Assembly (NCBI GenBank): GCA_963828735.1
Contig: CAWHFW010000002.1
Span: forward strand, 128,001-192,000
Length of the DNA stretch: 64,000 nt
Direction: 5' to 3'
Origin: an uncultured Gemmatimonadales bacterium
Lineage (GTDB): Bacteria; Gemmatimonadota; Gemmatimonadetes; Gemmatimonadales; GWC2-71-9
In this document: positions 31,873-44,268 of the stretch, one piece after another
Position numbering within the stretch: position 1 is the stretch's first letter
How the letters are laid out: every line of letters begins with the position of its first letter
Notes under the pieces: generated by a model
Seen by the model: the letters and a program-made list of their open reading frames with translations, nothing else
What the model was told of the DNA's origin: nothing
The model's database searches: none
Translations under genes and position numbers: made by a program

Positions 31873-32919
31873 TCACTCGGGCGGGATCTGCGTCACCGCC
31901 GCGCCCGAGGGGCATTCGCCGAGGGTGATGGTCCGAATTTCGGTCAGCGAGGCGTCGAACACATGCGCGATTCCCGGTGCGCCACCCGAGCATGGCCCGC
32001 TTTCGATCGCGTACAGGCGGCCCTTGCTGTCAGCGGCCACGGCCGAGTTGCCCGGTACCTGGAGTCCATGCCCGGCGCCGCGAACGACCTTGTTGCTGTC
32101 CAGGTCGAACTCCATCACGCCCTCGGAGAAGGAGCTGATGAAGAGGTGCGAGCCGCCGTCCGACGCCACGTTGCCCGGACCCGTTCCGAACCCGGCGTGA
32201 CTCGCGAGCTCGGTCCGAGCGAGCGGGTCCACGACGGAGAGACGCCCCTCGCCCGAGAAGTAATCGCCGGTGTTCATGACATAGAGCAGCCCGTCGGAGC
32301 CGACCTCGGCGAAGCCCGCGTTGCCGGGGCCGGTGAGCGGGATGGAATCGCCGCCGCTCGCGCGGTTGTTGGTGGCGGGATCGACGACGGTAAGCCAGCT
32401 CGGCCCGGCCGGGGTGAAGTTGACGAGATTCCCGTTGAGCACGAACACCTTCCCGCGGGTAAACACGAGTCCCTGCGGAAATACGCCGACCGGTACCTCG
32501 GAGCGGGCGCCCGTCAGATAGTTGATCCGGGAGACGGCGTTCAGGTTGGGGTTCCCCACGTAGGCGATCGAATCGTCCAGGATCGTCGAGCCGGTGGCGC
32601 CGGAGTTGTCCGGCAGCGGCACCGTACGGATCACCTGCGCCGCGCGAAGATCCACCACGGCCACCGCGTTGTCGAGCCCGAGCGGGACGATGGCGATCTC
32701 CTTGCGCGCGGAGACGCCGACCGGTGTCGGTGTCGTGCCGCCCAGCGGCACGGACACGACCTGCCCCGATCCCTCGACGGGCACGATGCTGAGCGTGTTC
32801 GCCGTACTGTTGACCACGACGAGCACCTCCACAGGCTCGGGGAGAGGCGCATTGGTGTCGGCACAGCCGAGTACGAAGATGGCCGCGGCCGTCGTGGCCA
32901 GAAAGCGGGACCGGTTCAT
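31873..32919 (-). CDS. YncE-like beta-propeller lipoprotein, last gene of the B12 uptake operon
   Basis: Lipobox VLGC; repeated propeller-blade motifs; ATGA overlap with the receptor gene. Confidence 0.8.
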   Translation of the reverse strand: MNRSRFLATTAAAIFVLGCADTNAPLPEPVEVLVVVNSTANTLSIVPVEGSGQVVSVPLGGTTPTPVGVSARKEIAIVPLGLDNAVAVVDLRAAQVIRTVPLPDNSGATGSTILDDSIAYVGNPNLNAVSRINYLTGARSEVPVGVFPQGLVFTRGKVFVLNGNLVNFTPAGPSWLTVVDPATNNRASGGDSIPLTGPGNAGFAEVGSDGLLYVMNTGDYFSGEGRLSVVDPLARTELASHAGFGTGPGNVASDGGSHLFISSFSEGVMEFDLDSNKVVRGAGHGLQVPGNSAVAADSKGRLYAIESGPCSGGAPGIAHVFDASLTEIRTITLGECPSGAAVTQIPPE

Positions 32920-34946
32920 GGAACCACCATGGTGAGGGTAAAGGCGATGGTACGACCAGGTGTCGGGTAGCCGGCGAGGAACTCCGCGCGCTGGTCGGTC
33001 AGGTCGCGGACCTCGCCCCGCAGCACCAGGCCCGTGCCGAGGCGGCGCTCGAGTCCCGCGTCGATGAGGGAGAAGGAAGGGCGCGGATTGGTCCCGGCGC
33101 TGTTCGGGTAGCGCTCCCCGATGTGATGCCAGCGAACGTCGGCCGACCATGCGCGGGGCGACCACACGGCAGCGGCGTCGACGGTGACCCGAGGGCGATA
33201 CAGTACTTGGGCGCCGTCGGGGATGTCATAGGTCACGGCCGCATACGTGGCGCTGCCGCTGACCCGGAGGTTGCGTCGGAAGGCCCAATCGGCCGTGAGC
33301 TCCCCGCCCCGTCGGACCACGTCGAAGTTCCGCGGGCTCCAGATGAAGCGGAAATCCGGCGCCCAGACGATCATGTCCGCCACCCGTCCGGCGAAGAGGC
33401 GAAGGCCGATGCTCGAGCCGCCGCCCAGCTCCTGACGCAGGCCCCCGTCCACCTCCCAGCGCACCCGCTCCGGGCGCAAGTTGGGGTTGAGGCGCACCCC
33501 CACGCCTTCGCGGAAGAAGAGATCCGCCAGGACCGGCGGCGTTACCCCGCTGCCAACGCCGAGGGTGACGGCTGTCGGCCCGCGCTGCCAGCCGCCGTCC
33601 ACGCGCGCGCTGAGGCGCGGAGTTGTGGATCCCGTCCAGACGTCGAGCCGGGCCGCCGGCGCGATGGACCACGCGCTGGAGGCGCCGTGGCTCAGCCGGG
33701 TGTCCGCCCGAAGCGCAGCTTGCGTGAACGAGGCGCCCTCGCGGATACCGTCGCCGGCGAAACGATATCCGCGTCCCTCGGCGGCGATGTCGGCGGTGCC
33801 GCGCCAGCCCGCCAGGGCGGCGGGCGCGCGGCGCGTGAGCTCCGCCGTGGCGCCGACGCCGTGCGTGTAGCTATCGTAGGCCGCGCCGGTCGGCGGCGCT
33901 GGATCTTCGGCCCGAGTCTCGATCCACTGGAGGGAGGCGGTCGCCGCCAACGTGCCGTCGTGCCGGGCGCCGAGGAGCACCGACCGATCCTGGGCGCGCG
34001 CCGTGAGCGTCGGGTTCGTCGTGGTGCCGGGGAGACCGCGATCGCTGATCGTTCCGCGTACCACGACCTCGAGCGGCCCCTCGACGGTGAGCGCACCGGC
34101 ATACTGCTCCCCCCCTGAATTGAGGCGCGTCCCCTCCCCGCCTCCCCGAACCACCGGCACCGTGTACGGGAACTCGTTCGCGAGGCGCTCGCCCGAAATG
34201 CTCGCGGTCGCCGCTCCAGCGGAGCCGCCGACGCGTGCGCCCATCGCCCCGTAGCTGGCGGCCCACCCCGACGCCTCGGGCCGCACGTCGTTCCGCGTCT
34301 CGACCAGGATCACGCCGGCCACCGCGCGGCTGCCTGCGCGCACCGTCTGGGCGCCGGGCACCAGGGTGACCGTTGCGACCTCGCGGCTCGAGATCCGGCT
34401 CAGGTCGGCGCGGCCGGTTAGGGGGTCGTTGATCGGGAAGCCATCCACCATCACGAGCACTTCGTCCGGACTCCCGCCGCGCACCTGAGGCGCGGCGGGG
34501 CCGTTTCCGGCCCGGCGCACGACGACCCCCTGCCAGCCGTCCAGGGCGCGGGCCAGGTCCCCGCCCCGGCGCACCAGGTCGGGCCCCTCGATGGCGATCG
34601 CGCCGGGCGTGGCCATGACGGTGACGCTGTCGAGCTGCACCGGTACCGGTACCAACGTGATGGTGACGGTCCGCTCGAGGCTGGGCACCAGGTCGATGTC
34701 CCGCCGAGCAGGCGCGTAGCCGATGCGGCGAACGCGCAGCTCGATCCGGCCTGGGGGCACGTTGCCGAAGCTGAACCCGCCGTCCGCGGCGCTCTCCGTC
34801 ACCAGCTCGCCCGCACGGATCTCAGCGCCCTGCACGGGCCTCTGGGACAGAGCGTCCACCACGCGACCCGCGATCCGCGAGGGGCCCTGCGCGGCGACCG
34901 TCGAGACGCAGAGCGTCGTGAGCGCGAGCGCGATGGCCGCTCTCAT
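32916..34946 (-). CDS. btuB: TonB-dependent receptor, probable cobalamin transporter
   Basis: Signal peptide, carboxypeptidase-like domain, plug (VRG...VLVMVDG), LNPNLRPE, C-terminal GYPTPGRT; downstream of a B12 riboswitch. Confidence 0.85.
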   Translation of the reverse strand: MRAAIALALTTLCVSTVAAQGPSRIAGRVVDALSQRPVQGAEIRAGELVTESAADGGFSFGNVPPGRIELRVRRIGYAPARRDIDLVPSLERTVTITLVPVPVQLDSVTVMATPGAIAIEGPDLVRRGGDLARALDGWQGVVVRRAGNGPAAPQVRGGSPDEVLVMVDGFPINDPLTGRADLSRISSREVATVTLVPGAQTVRAGSRAVAGVILVETRNDVRPEASGWAASYGAMGARVGGSAGAATASISGERLANEFPYTVPVVRGGGEGTRLNSGGEQYAGALTVEGPLEVVVRGTISDRGLPGTTTNPTLTARAQDRSVLLGARHDGTLAATASLQWIETRAEDPAPPTGAAYDSYTHGVGATAELTRRAPAALAGWRGTADIAAEGRGYRFAGDGIREGASFTQAALRADTRLSHGASSAWSIAPAARLDVWTGSTTPRLSARVDGGWQRGPTAVTLGVGSGVTPPVLADLFFREGVGVRLNPNLRPERVRWEVDGGLRQELGGGSSIGLRLFAGRVADMIVWAPDFRFIWSPRNFDVVRRGGELTADWAFRRNLRVSGSATYAAVTYDIPDGAQVLYRPRVTVDAAAVWSPRAWSADVRWHHIGERYPNSAGTNPRPSFSLIDAGLERRLGTGLVLRGEVRDLTDQRAEFLAGYPTPGRTIAFTLTMVVP

Positions 34947-35734
34947 TCGGGGGCCTCGCCGGGACGAAGCGGGACCACCTGGGGCGAGCCGTCGCACCAT
35001 GTCGTCACCGCCACCGGCCACTGAAAGACGCCGCTGACGATGTCTTTGCGCAGGACCTCGCCCGGGGTGCCTTCGGCCACGACACGTCCCTCGCTCAGCA
35101 GCATCATCCGGTCCGCGAACCGCGCGGCCAGGTTGAGCTGATGGGTGATCACGAGTCCGGCGAGCCCGTGGTTCACCAGCCCGCGGATGAGCTCCAGGAT
35201 CTCCATCTCGTGACGCACATCGAGCGATGCGGTCGGCTCGTCGAGCAGAAGCATCGCGGGCTCCTGCGCGAGCGCCCGCGCGAGCCGCACCCGCTGCCAC
35301 TCGCCGCCCGACAGCGTGTCGGCGGAACGCGCCGCCAGCGCCTCCGCGTCGCAGCGAGCGAGCGCGGAGCGCACGGCCTCGCGATCGGCCGCGGCTGGGG
35401 CGCCGAGCGCGCCGAGCCGCGCGTACCGACCGAGCATGACGGTCTCGTCCACGCGGAGCGGGAACACGAGGTCTTCGCGCTGCGGCACGACGCCGAGCAC
35501 GCGGGCGAGCTCGGGCCGCCGCCATTCACCGAGCGGACGACCCTGGATTCGCACCCCCCCGGCCGCGAGTGGCACCAGGCCGGTGACGGCCCGCACCAGC
35601 GTCGTCTTGCCGCTGCCGTTCGGGCCGGCGATCGCAACCAGCTCACCGGGTCCCACGCGGCAGCTCACGCCGTCGAGCGCGCGACGGCCGGCGCCCGCAT
35701 ACCGCACCTCGAGCCGATCCGCGTCGAGGATCAC
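34943..35734 (-). CDS. btuD: Cobalamin/Fe-siderophore ABC transporter ATP-binding protein
   Basis: GPNGSGKT, LSGGE, LLLDEPT, H-loop. Confidence 0.88.
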   Translation of the reverse strand: MILDADRLEVRYAGAGRRALDGVSCRVGPGELVAIAGPNGSGKTTLVRAVTGLVPLAAGGVRIQGRPLGEWRRPELARVLGVVPQREDLVFPLRVDETVMLGRYARLGALGAPAAADREAVRSALARCDAEALAARSADTLSGGEWQRVRLARALAQEPAMLLLDEPTASLDVRHEMEILELIRGLVNHGLAGLVITHQLNLAARFADRMMLLSEGRVVAEGTPGEVLRKDIVSGVFQWPVAVTTWCDGSPQVVPLRPGEAPE

Positions 35735-36702
35735 GTGAGGGTCCGTCGAAGGAGGAGCGCGAACAACGGCACCCCGACCAGGGCGGTGATCACCCCGACT
35801 GGGAGCTCGAGCGGTCGGACCACGGTCCTGGAGACGACGTCGGAGAGCACGAGGAAGGCGCCGCCGGCGAGGAACACGAGGGGCAGCAAGGTCCGGTGCA
35901 GCGGCCGGGCCACGGTTCGGATCGCGTGGGGCACGACCAGGCCGACGAAGCCGATGATTCCGCACGCGGCAACACTTGCCGCGGTCAGCAGGGCCGTGCA
36001 CACGTAGACCAGCCGGCGCGTGCGATCCACCTCGGCGCCGAGATGGTGGGCCGGTTCCTCACCGAGGGCAATGAGGTCGAGGCTCCTCGCGCTGACTCCG
36101 ATCACGCCGAGGGGCAGCACGGCGTACGCGGCGAAGACCGCCAGCGTCTGCCACGATGCCGAGCCGAACCCTCCGAGGAGCCAGAGAAAGGCGTTTCGAA
36201 TGCCGGCCGAGGGCGAGAGCACGATGATCGCGCTCATGAGGGCCCCGGCGAACGAGCCGACGACCACGCCCGACAGCAGGAGCACGCGCGGGTCGAGCCG
36301 CCGTCCCGCAACCAGGCTCAACCGATACACCAGGGCCACCGCGGCGATCGCTCCCACGAACGCCGCGACCGGGACGGCCCACGGGCCGGCTGCCCGCGTG
36401 GCGATGGCGATGACGGCACCCAGCCCCGCACCGCCCGAGAGGCCCAGCAAGTAGGGCTCGGCGAGCGGGTTCCGGATCATCGCCTGGAGCGCCGCGCCGC
36501 ACACGGCGAGGCTCCCGCCGACGCAGAAGGCGAGCAGCACGCGCGGAGCGCGCAGGTCGCGCACGATGACGGCGCCGCTCGAGTCCGCGTGCCAGAGGCC
36601 GGCCCAGACCTCGCCGAGGCTGAGCGGCACCGTCCCGGCCGCGAGCCCGATCACGAGCGTCAGGAACACGACGAGCACGAGGCCGGCCACTCGCCGGTCC
36701 AT
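35731..36702 (-). CDS. btuC: FecCD/BtuC-family permease
   Basis: LRAPR, RNPLAEPYLLG, IGFVGLVVPH, ELPVG. Confidence 0.9.
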   Translation of the reverse strand: MDRRVAGLVLVVFLTLVIGLAAGTVPLSLGEVWAGLWHADSSGAVIVRDLRAPRVLLAFCVGGSLAVCGAALQAMIRNPLAEPYLLGLSGGAGLGAVIAIATRAAGPWAVPVAAFVGAIAAVALVYRLSLVAGRRLDPRVLLLSGVVVGSFAGALMSAIIVLSPSAGIRNAFLWLLGGFGSASWQTLAVFAAYAVLPLGVIGVSARSLDLIALGEEPAHHLGAEVDRTRRLVYVCTALLTAASVAACGIIGFVGLVVPHAIRTVARPLHRTLLPLVFLAGGAFLVLSDVVSRTVVRPLELPVGVITALVGVPLFALLLRRTLT

Positions 36703-37627
36703 CAGCCGGCCCGCCGAAGCTTGGCCGTGAGCTCGCGGATCGCGGCAGGTGCCCGTGGGCTCGGCCGGTTGAACTCGGAGCCGGTCACCGGCAGGAAGCG
36801 GCGTTCGCGCACTGCGCGGACCGCCTGCCACTCGGGACGCTCGGCGAACGCCGCCGGGCCGGCCGTGGTGGTGAGGATGAGATCGGGGTCGCGCGATGCC
36901 ACCGCCTCGATGCTCACGGTGCCGGCGCTCGAGGTGACATCCTCGAACAGGTTCACGCCGCCGGCGCGCACGACCAATTCATTGAGGAAGCTGCCGCGGC
37001 CGATCGTCATCGGCGGCTGCTCCCAGACGAGGAGCAGCACCTTGGGCCTTCGACCGGAGGGTGCCGTCGTCGCGGTCGCCAGGGCCGTGTCGAACGCGGC
37101 AGCGACCGAGTCCGCGGCCGACTCGCGCCCGCTCACACGGCCGAGGAGGCGGCCGATCCGGTCCACATCCGCGAGGCGGTCGGTATTGAGGCGAAGCACC
37201 GGAATCCCGAGGGATCGGAGTCGGGTCGCGACCGCGGCGTTCTGCGCCGAGTTGTAGAGCAGCACGAGGTCCGGATGGCTCGCGAGCACCGCCTCGGCGT
37301 TCGGGGCGATCCCGTCGCCCAGGTTGGGCACGGCGGCGGCGGCGGGAGGATAGTCGCACCACTCGGTTCGGCCGATCACCATGGAGCCGGCTCCGATGGC
37401 GAAGAGCAGCTCGGTGGTGGCCGGGATGAGCGAGACGATGCGGCGTGCGGGAGCGGAGACCGCGACCGTGTCGCCGGCATCGTCCACGATGCCGACGCTC
37501 CGTCCGACCGGCGCGGACGCGCGACAGGCGGCGAGGACGAGCAGGAGCGCCAGCGAAGACGCGGCGGGTAACTCGAGGTCCGGAAATAGAAATCGCCCGT
37601 TCCCGAGGTGGTGGACGGGCGATGCAC
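36702..37627 (-). CDS. btuF: Cobalamin-binding periplasmic lipoprotein (start uncertain, probable frameshift near 37560)
   Basis: Lipobox LAAC, RIVSLIPATTELLFAIGAG, CDYP, RPSPR. The nearest plausible start (GTG 37627) is in another frame. Confidence 0.82.
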
Positions 37628-37689
37628 GACGGCGAGCTCGCCGCCGACACGCCACCGACCCTCCCCCGAGGGTGTGCATGGTGGCGCGA

Positions 37690-37875
37690 ACGGAGAGGTC
37701 TCCTGGCTTCGGGCCTTCGCTCGCCTTCCCGGTCACCCAGTGGCGTTAGGAGCGAAGATCGACGTGGACGTCGTGCCCGTTACAGTGGCGGGGCCGCGCC
37801 GGTGTTTCACCGGCTTCCGAGCATCCCCATTCGCGTATTTCGATTGTTCAACGGGGTCAAACGTAGGGACCGTGC
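37690..37875 (-). promoter_or_regulatory. Cobalamin (AdoCbl) riboswitch
   Basis: Minus strand: GGAA-GCCGGTGAAACACCGGC-GCGGCCCCGCCACTGTAA ... GCCACTG ... GGGAAGGC ... AGCCAGGAGACC (B12 box). The 5' boundary is approximate. Confidence 0.93.
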
Positions 37876-38987
37876 CCACGAGCCGCAAGAGCGCGCTCCA
37901 GGCGCGTCTTGAGCGCCGATCGCTCCGCGCGGTAGCGCTCCCACTCCTCCGGCGTCATATCGGCCTGGCGGCCCTCGTACCGTGCGTCGAGCACGGCGAT
38001 AGCGTCGAGCAGCCTCCCGGAATCGGCATCGCCGCCCGTTCCCTCGGCCACGGCGGCTGGCGCGGGCCGCCGGACAACGCGGAACGCCGCCACCGCGAGC
38101 ACGAGGGCCACCATGCCAACCAGCGCTGCCAGCATCCGCGATGAGGCGGCCCTGCTGTCGGCACTTACCGTGAGCGTCACCGTGCCGCCCGCGGGGACGC
38201 GGCCGGAGTAGCGCCGAAAGCTTCGGCCCTCGATGAGCTGACTGTCGGTCAGTGTGAGGCCACCCACCCGCACGTTTCGCTCCTCGACCAGGATGTTCAT
38301 TGGCGTCGCGGTCGCTCCGACCGGGAACGCGATGCGCCCATCCAGCGGCACGGTGGCGTACTCGATCGTCAGCTGCTTCTGACCCGGCGAGATGGGGGCG
38401 AGGACCTTGACGGTGTCCCCCTCGCGAATGACCGCGTCGGGAGAGAGGTCGCTCTCGCCGAGCTGCATTTCGCCGGTACCGCGGGGGAGGGTGAGCGACC
38501 ACGACGGGTGGGTCGAGTCCGGCGCGACCCGGGCGCGGATGCCGTCATTCCGGAGCACGATCAGATCGAGGACCGGCCGCGCGCCGTCCGCGCCGGCGCG
38601 TGGCACCACGAGATGGCGAGCCTGGACGGCGATCGGCGCCGTGCTGGAGGTATCGTACGCCACGAGCGCGATCGAGGTATCTGGCCGCGCGGGGTTGGTG
38701 TGCACCGGAGGAGAGAAATACTCGATCCCGCCGTACCGGGCGCTCAAGAGATAGAGCGCGCTCGTGTCGGCGCGGAACCGGAAGCGGAACCGCCCAGTGG
38801 CATCGGCGATCAGCGAGTCGATCGGTCCCTGAACGTTGCGGCCGACCTGGTGCAGCAGCACCCTGGCACGCGCGAGGGGAACGGTGTCCGTCGCGCGGGG
38901 GAGCAGCACGCGGCCGGAGGCGGTGCTGAGCTGCTGGGCGGCGAGCCCGGGGACGGCGAGCACCAGGGCCGCGAGTACCCAGAGCAT
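37857..38987 (-). CDS. Exported, C-terminally membrane-anchored hypothetical protein
   Basis: Signal peptide MLWVLAALVLAVPGLAAQ, beta-rich body, TM helix LAALVGMVALVLAVAAF, short helical tail. Confidence 0.75.
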   Translation of the reverse strand: MLWVLAALVLAVPGLAAQQLSTASGRVLLPRATDTVPLARARVLLHQVGRNVQGPIDSLIADATGRFRFRFRADTSALYLLSARYGGIEYFSPPVHTNPARPDTSIALVAYDTSSTAPIAVQARHLVVPRAGADGARPVLDLIVLRNDGIRARVAPDSTHPSWSLTLPRGTGEMQLGESDLSPDAVIREGDTVKVLAPISPGQKQLTIEYATVPLDGRIAFPVGATATPMNILVEERNVRVGGLTLTDSQLIEGRSFRRYSGRVPAGGTVTLTVSADSRAASSRMLAALVGMVALVLAVAAFRVVRRPAPAAVAEGTGGDADSGRLLDAIAVLDARYEGRQADMTPEEWERYRAERSALKTRLERALAARGHGPYV

Positions 38988-39080
38988 CCGAATCCCGGCG
39001 AGATACAAGCGGGACCGGCGCGCGCCGGTCCCGCCATCCCACCTGGTTCTCACGGGCGTGGTCGCCCTGTCCGTCTCCAC

Positions 39081-39572
39081 TTAGGGATTGAACTTCCCGA
39101 AGTCCTGCGGATCCATGCGCTCGAGATATTCCTTGAGCTTGTCCGCCTCGAGCGAGGGGTTGGGCGAAGGCTCGTCGGCCTCGACGCCGCTCTGCTCCAG
39201 CAGCTGGTCGCTGGTGAAGATGGGGGCCCGCACGCGGAGGGCGAGCGCGATGCTGTCCGAGGGACGCGCGTCCACCTGGAAGACGTGGTCGTCGCGGCGG
39301 ATCAGCAGCTCGGCGAAGTAGGTGTTCTCCTTCACGGCGCTGATCACCACCCGGCGAAGCTCACCGCCGAGCCCGACGAGGATCTGCTTGAGGAGATCGT
39401 GGGTCAGCGGCCGCTGCGCCTTCATGCCCTGGAGCTCCATGGCGATGGCGCTCGCCTCGGCGGGACCGATCCAGATCGGGAGCACCCGCGCCCCGTCCTT
39501 CTCGCGCAGTATGACGACCGGCGTGTTGGTCGTCCGGTCGAGGCCGAGATGGGCCACGGTGACTTCGATCAT
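39081..39572 (-). CDS. Bifunctional nuclease family protein (DUF151)
   Basis: LPIWIGPAEA, RPLTHDL, DARPSDSIALA. Confidence 0.92.
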   Translation of the reverse strand: MIEVTVAHLGLDRTTNTPVVILREKDGARVLPIWIGPAEASAIAMELQGMKAQRPLTHDLLKQILVGLGGELRRVVISAVKENTYFAELLIRRDDHVFQVDARPSDSIALALRVRAPIFTSDQLLEQSGVEADEPSPNPSLEADKLKEYLERMDPQDFGKFNP

Positions 39573-39637
39573 GTCGGAAGTATACTCCGGTTCCGCGAGC
39601 CGGTCATCGGGTGCCGTTCGTTGCACCCCGAAGACAA

Positions 39638-39676
39638 AGGACACAGCGAGGCGAAGCGGCGGCCTCTCTGTGTCCT
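39638..39676. repeat. Intergenic inverted repeat after ahcY
   Basis: AGGACACAG(c)GAGGC ... GCCTC(t)CTGTGTCCT. Confidence 0.5.
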
Positions 39677-39713
39677 CTCTGCCTGCGGCGGCACGCGCTG
39701 CCCGCCGCGGAAC

Positions 39714-41058
<1,345 letters not shown>

Positions 41059-41078
41059 CTGCTCCTCGAGGTGTCCGA

Positions 41079-42314
41079 TCAGCGGGCGGCCGACAGCAGG
41101 TCCTTCACGCGATCGGTCTCTTCCCAGGTGAAAAAGTCGACCTTCTGCTGCTTGCCGTTATCCCGGTAGACGCCGGAGAACGGCCGCCGGCCGAAGTGAC
41201 CGTACGCGGCGGTCTGACTGTAAATTGGCCGCTTCAGCTTGAGGGCGTCAATGATGCCCTTGGGGGTGAGATCGAACACCTGACCCACGATCTTCTCGAG
41301 CTGTGGCGTCGGGCAACACGCCGGTGCCGAACGTCTGCACCATGATGGAGACCGGCCGGCGACGCCGATCGCGTAGGCGATCTGCACCTCGCACCGCCGC
41401 GCGAGCTTGGCCTCGACGATGTTCTTCGCGACCCAGCGCGTGGCGTAGGCCGCAGAGCGGTCCACCTTGGACGGATCCTTGCCGCTGAACGCGCCGCCGC
41501 CGTGGCGCGCCATCCCGCCGTAGGTGTCCACGATGATCTTGCGCCCGGTGAGGCCCGCGTCGCCGTGCGGGCCGCCGATCACGAAGCGGCCGGTCGGGTT
41601 GATGAGGAACTTGGTGCGGCCGTACTCGAGCCCCGCCTTGTCGAGCACCGGCTTGATGACCTCCTCGATCACGCCCTCGCGGATGGTGCCGTTCGCGAGC
41701 TGGCGCCGGCCGAAGCGCTCGGCGTGCTGGGTCGACACGACGACCGTCCGCACCGCCACCGGGCGATCGCCCTCGTACTCGACCGAGACCTGCGACTTGC
41801 CGTCGGGCCGCAGCCACTCGAGCCGGTCCAGCCCGTGGAGGCCCTTGCGCACCGCGGCGAGTCGCTCGGCGATCCGGTGCGCGAGCATGATCGGCAGGGG
41901 CATCCGCTCGCGGGTCTCGCTCGTCGCGTAGCCGAACATCATGCCCTGGTCACCGGCGCCCTGCGCCTTGTTCGGGTCGGCGTCCACGCCCATCGCGATG
42001 TCGGGCGACTGCCGATCGATCGACGTCAGCACGGCGCAGGTGCGGGCGTCCATGCCGTAGGTCGCGTCGGTGTAGCCGATCCGCTCGACCGTGTCACGGA
42101 CGAGGTCGGGGATGTGCACGTAGGTCTTGGTAGTGATCTCGCCGGCGACCACGGCCATGCCGGTCGTGACCAGCGTCTCGCAGGCCACGCGCCCCGCGGG
42201 GTCGCGCGACAGGATGGCGTCGAGCACCGCGTCGGAGATCTGGTCGGCCACCTTGTCGGGGTGGCCTTCGGTGACCGATTCGGAAGTGAAGACGTGGCGC
42301 TTGGGCGCGGCCAT
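41079..42314 (-). CDS. metK: S-adenosylmethionine synthetase, two compensating frameshifts near 41357 and 41304
   Basis: [36 protein letters not shown]. Confidence 0.96.
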   Translation of the reverse strand: MAAPKRHVFTSESVTEGHPDKVADQISDAVLDAILSRDPAGRVACETLVTTGMAVVAGEITTKTYVHIPDLVRDTVERIGYTDATYGMDARTCAVLTSIDRQSPDIAMGVDADPNKAQGAGDQGMMFGYATSETRERMPLPIMLAHRIAERLAAVRKGLHGLDRLEWLRPDGKSQVSVEYEGDRPVAVRTVVVSTQHAERFGRRQLANGTIREGVIEEVIKPVLDKAGLEYGRTKFLINPTGRFVIGGPHGDAGLTGRKIIVDTYGGMARHGGGAFSGKDPSKVDRSAAYATRWVAKNIVEAKLARRCEVQIAYAIGVAGRSPSWCRRSAPACCPTPQLEKIVGQVFDLTPKGIIDALKLKRPIYSQTAAYGHFGRRPFSGVYRDNGKQQKVDFFTWEETDRVKDLLSAAR

Positions 42315-42345
42315 CGCGGGCGGATCCGTGGTTGAAGGGTGGGCA

Positions 42346-42443
42346 GTCATTCCGAGCGCAGCGAGGGACCTTGCGCACCCCGGCCGGAACGCCTCACGGG
42401 TTCCGATCCAGGTGGGCAAGTCCCTCGCTGCGCTGGGAAGGAC
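42346..42443. repeat. REP-like long imperfect palindrome between ptsI and metK
   Basis: GTCATTCCGAGCGCAGCGAGGGACCTTGC ... GCAAGTCCCTCGCTGCGCTGGGAAGGAC. Confidence 0.75.
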
Positions 42444-42456
42444 GATCTTCGGACGC

Positions 42457-44268
42457 TCACGAGAGCGTCTTGCCGGGTGGCAAGGTAGCGACCCGTCCGC
42501 GGCCAGGCAACGCCGAATGCGGGTCGAGCAGCCGCACGTCGATGTACTCACCGACCACGCTGCGGATCGACTCCGAGACATCGTTCGCGCTGGCCGCGGC
42601 CAGCGCCGACTCGGCCGCCCGCGCCGCGGCGGCCTCGGGTACCGTGCGCACCACCCACTTGACCAGCGGAAGCGCCGGCGGCGACACGCTCAGGCGATCG
42701 TAGCCCAGTCCGAGCAGCAGGACGACGCTGAGCGGCTCCGAGGCCATCTCGCCGCAGACGCTCACCGGGATGCCGGCCGCGCGGCCCACCTGCACCACCT
42801 GGTGGAGCTGCCGGATCACCGACGGATGGTGCGGCGTGAACCGGTCGGCAAGACGCGCGTTGCCGCGATCCACGGCCAGCGTGTACTGCGTCAGATCGTT
42901 GGTCCCGATGCTGAAGAACGCGCTGACCTCGGCCAGCCGGTCGGCGATCAGCACGGCGGCCGGGGTCTCGATCATCACTCCGACCGGCACCGACTCCGCC
43001 GCGCGCACGCCCGCTCGCCGGAGCGACTCGGCTTCCTCCAGAACGATGGCGCGCGCCTCCTCCACCTCCTCGACCAGCGTCACCAGCGGCAGCATGAGCT
43101 GGATGTCCCCATCCGCGGCGGCGCGGAGGACCGCGCGGACCTGCGGCCGGAACACGTCGGGCTCGTCGAGGCAGACGCGGATCGACCGCCACCCGAGGAA
43201 GGGATTGGCTTCGGCCGCCGCCTTGAAGGCGACGGGGAACTTGTCGCCGCCGAGATCGTATGACCGGATCACGACCGTGTGGCCGCGGAACGCGGCCGCG
43301 ACCCGCCGGAAGTAGTCGGCCTGCTCGGTCTCGGTCGGGAGCGCGGTACGACCGGTCAGGAGAAACTCGGTGCGGAGCAGGCCGACGCCCTGGGCGCCCA
43401 TCCGCACCGCGGTCTCGATCTCCTCCGGCAGGTCCACGTTGCCCATGAGCATGATCGGCCGGCCGCCGGGCGTGATGGCCGGCGCTTCCACGACGGCCTC
43501 GAGCTGGAGCTCGAGCCGATGCCGTCGGCTCACCTGCGTCTTCGCCTCCTCGAGCTCGTCGCGGGTCGGATCGAGCACGATCGTGCCGGCCTGGCCGTCG
43601 AGGAGGACCATCATGCCGGGCGGGATCGACGCCAGGGCGCCGGCCGCGCCCATCACCGCGGGAATCCCGAGCGAGTGTGCCAGGATGGCCGCGTGCGCGG
43701 TGCGCGTGCCCTCCTCGCTGATCAGGCCCACCACGTGCTCGCGGTCGAGCTGCACCGTCAGGCCGGGCGAAAGCTCGTGCGCGACGACGATGACGTGCTC
43801 GTCGGCGGGGATGGACCAGAGCTCATGGCCCTTGCCGCCCAGCAGGCGGTTGAGCATCCGGAGCTGGATCGCGTTGAGGTCGGCCAGGCGCTCGCGCAGC
43901 ATCGCCGCGCCGGAGAAGGCGTTCCGGTACTCCAGCGCCTTGAACTCGTACGCCGTCTCGGCGCTGAGATAGTTGTTGCGGATCAGCGTCTCGACCAGCG
44001 TGAGGAACTCCTGGTCCTGCGCCATCAGGATCTGGGCATCGAAGATGCGAGACTCCTCTGGCCCGGCGCGCTGCAGCACCCGCTGGCCCAGGTCGCGCAG
44101 GTGGCCCACCACGTACTCGACGGCCTCGTACAGGCGGCGCACCTCCGCCTCGACCTGCTCGGGCCGCACCGTGCGGTCGGGCACCTCCGGAAAGTCCACG
44201 CGCACGATGAAGGCGGGCGCGCACTGCACGCCCGGCGAGACGCCGATGCCGCGCAGGGCCCGGCTCAT
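42457..44268 (-). CDS. ptsI: PTS enzyme I (PEP-protein phosphotransferase)
   Basis: RTAHAAIL (phospho-His), [34 protein letters not shown]. Confidence 0.95.
   Translation of the reverse strand: MSRALRGIGVSPGVQCAPAFIVRVDFPEVPDRTVRPEQVEAEVRRLYEAVEYVVGHLRDLGQRVLQRAGPEESRIFDAQILMAQDQEFLTLVETLIRNNYLSAETAYEFKALEYRNAFSGAAMLRERLADLNAIQLRMLNRLLGGKGHELWSIPADEHVIVVAHELSPGLTVQLDREHVVGLISEEGTRTAHAAILAHSLGIPAVMGAAGALASIPPGMMVLLDGQAGTIVLDPTRDELEEAKTQVSRRHRLELQLEAVVEAPAITPGGRPIMLMGNVDLPEEIETAVRMGAQGVGLLRTEFLLTGRTALPTETEQADYFRRVAAAFRGHTVVIRSYDLGGDKFPVAFKAAAEANPFLGWRSIRVCLDEPDVFRPQVRAVLRAAADGDIQLMLPLVTLVEEVEEARAIVLEEAESLRRAGVRAAESVPVGVMIETPAAVLIADRLAEVSAFFSIGTNDLTQYTLAVDRGNARLADRFTPHHPSVIRQLHQVVQVGRAAGIPVSVCGEMASEPLSVVLLLGLGYDRLSVSPPALPLVKWVVRTVPEAAAARAAESALAAASANDVSESIRSVVGEYIDVRLLDPHSALPGRGRVATLPPGKTLS

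Noticed and set aside
42315..42456. SAM riboswitch upstream of metK
   Set aside because: No SAM-I/II/SAH consensus seen; the space is taken by a palindromic repeat.
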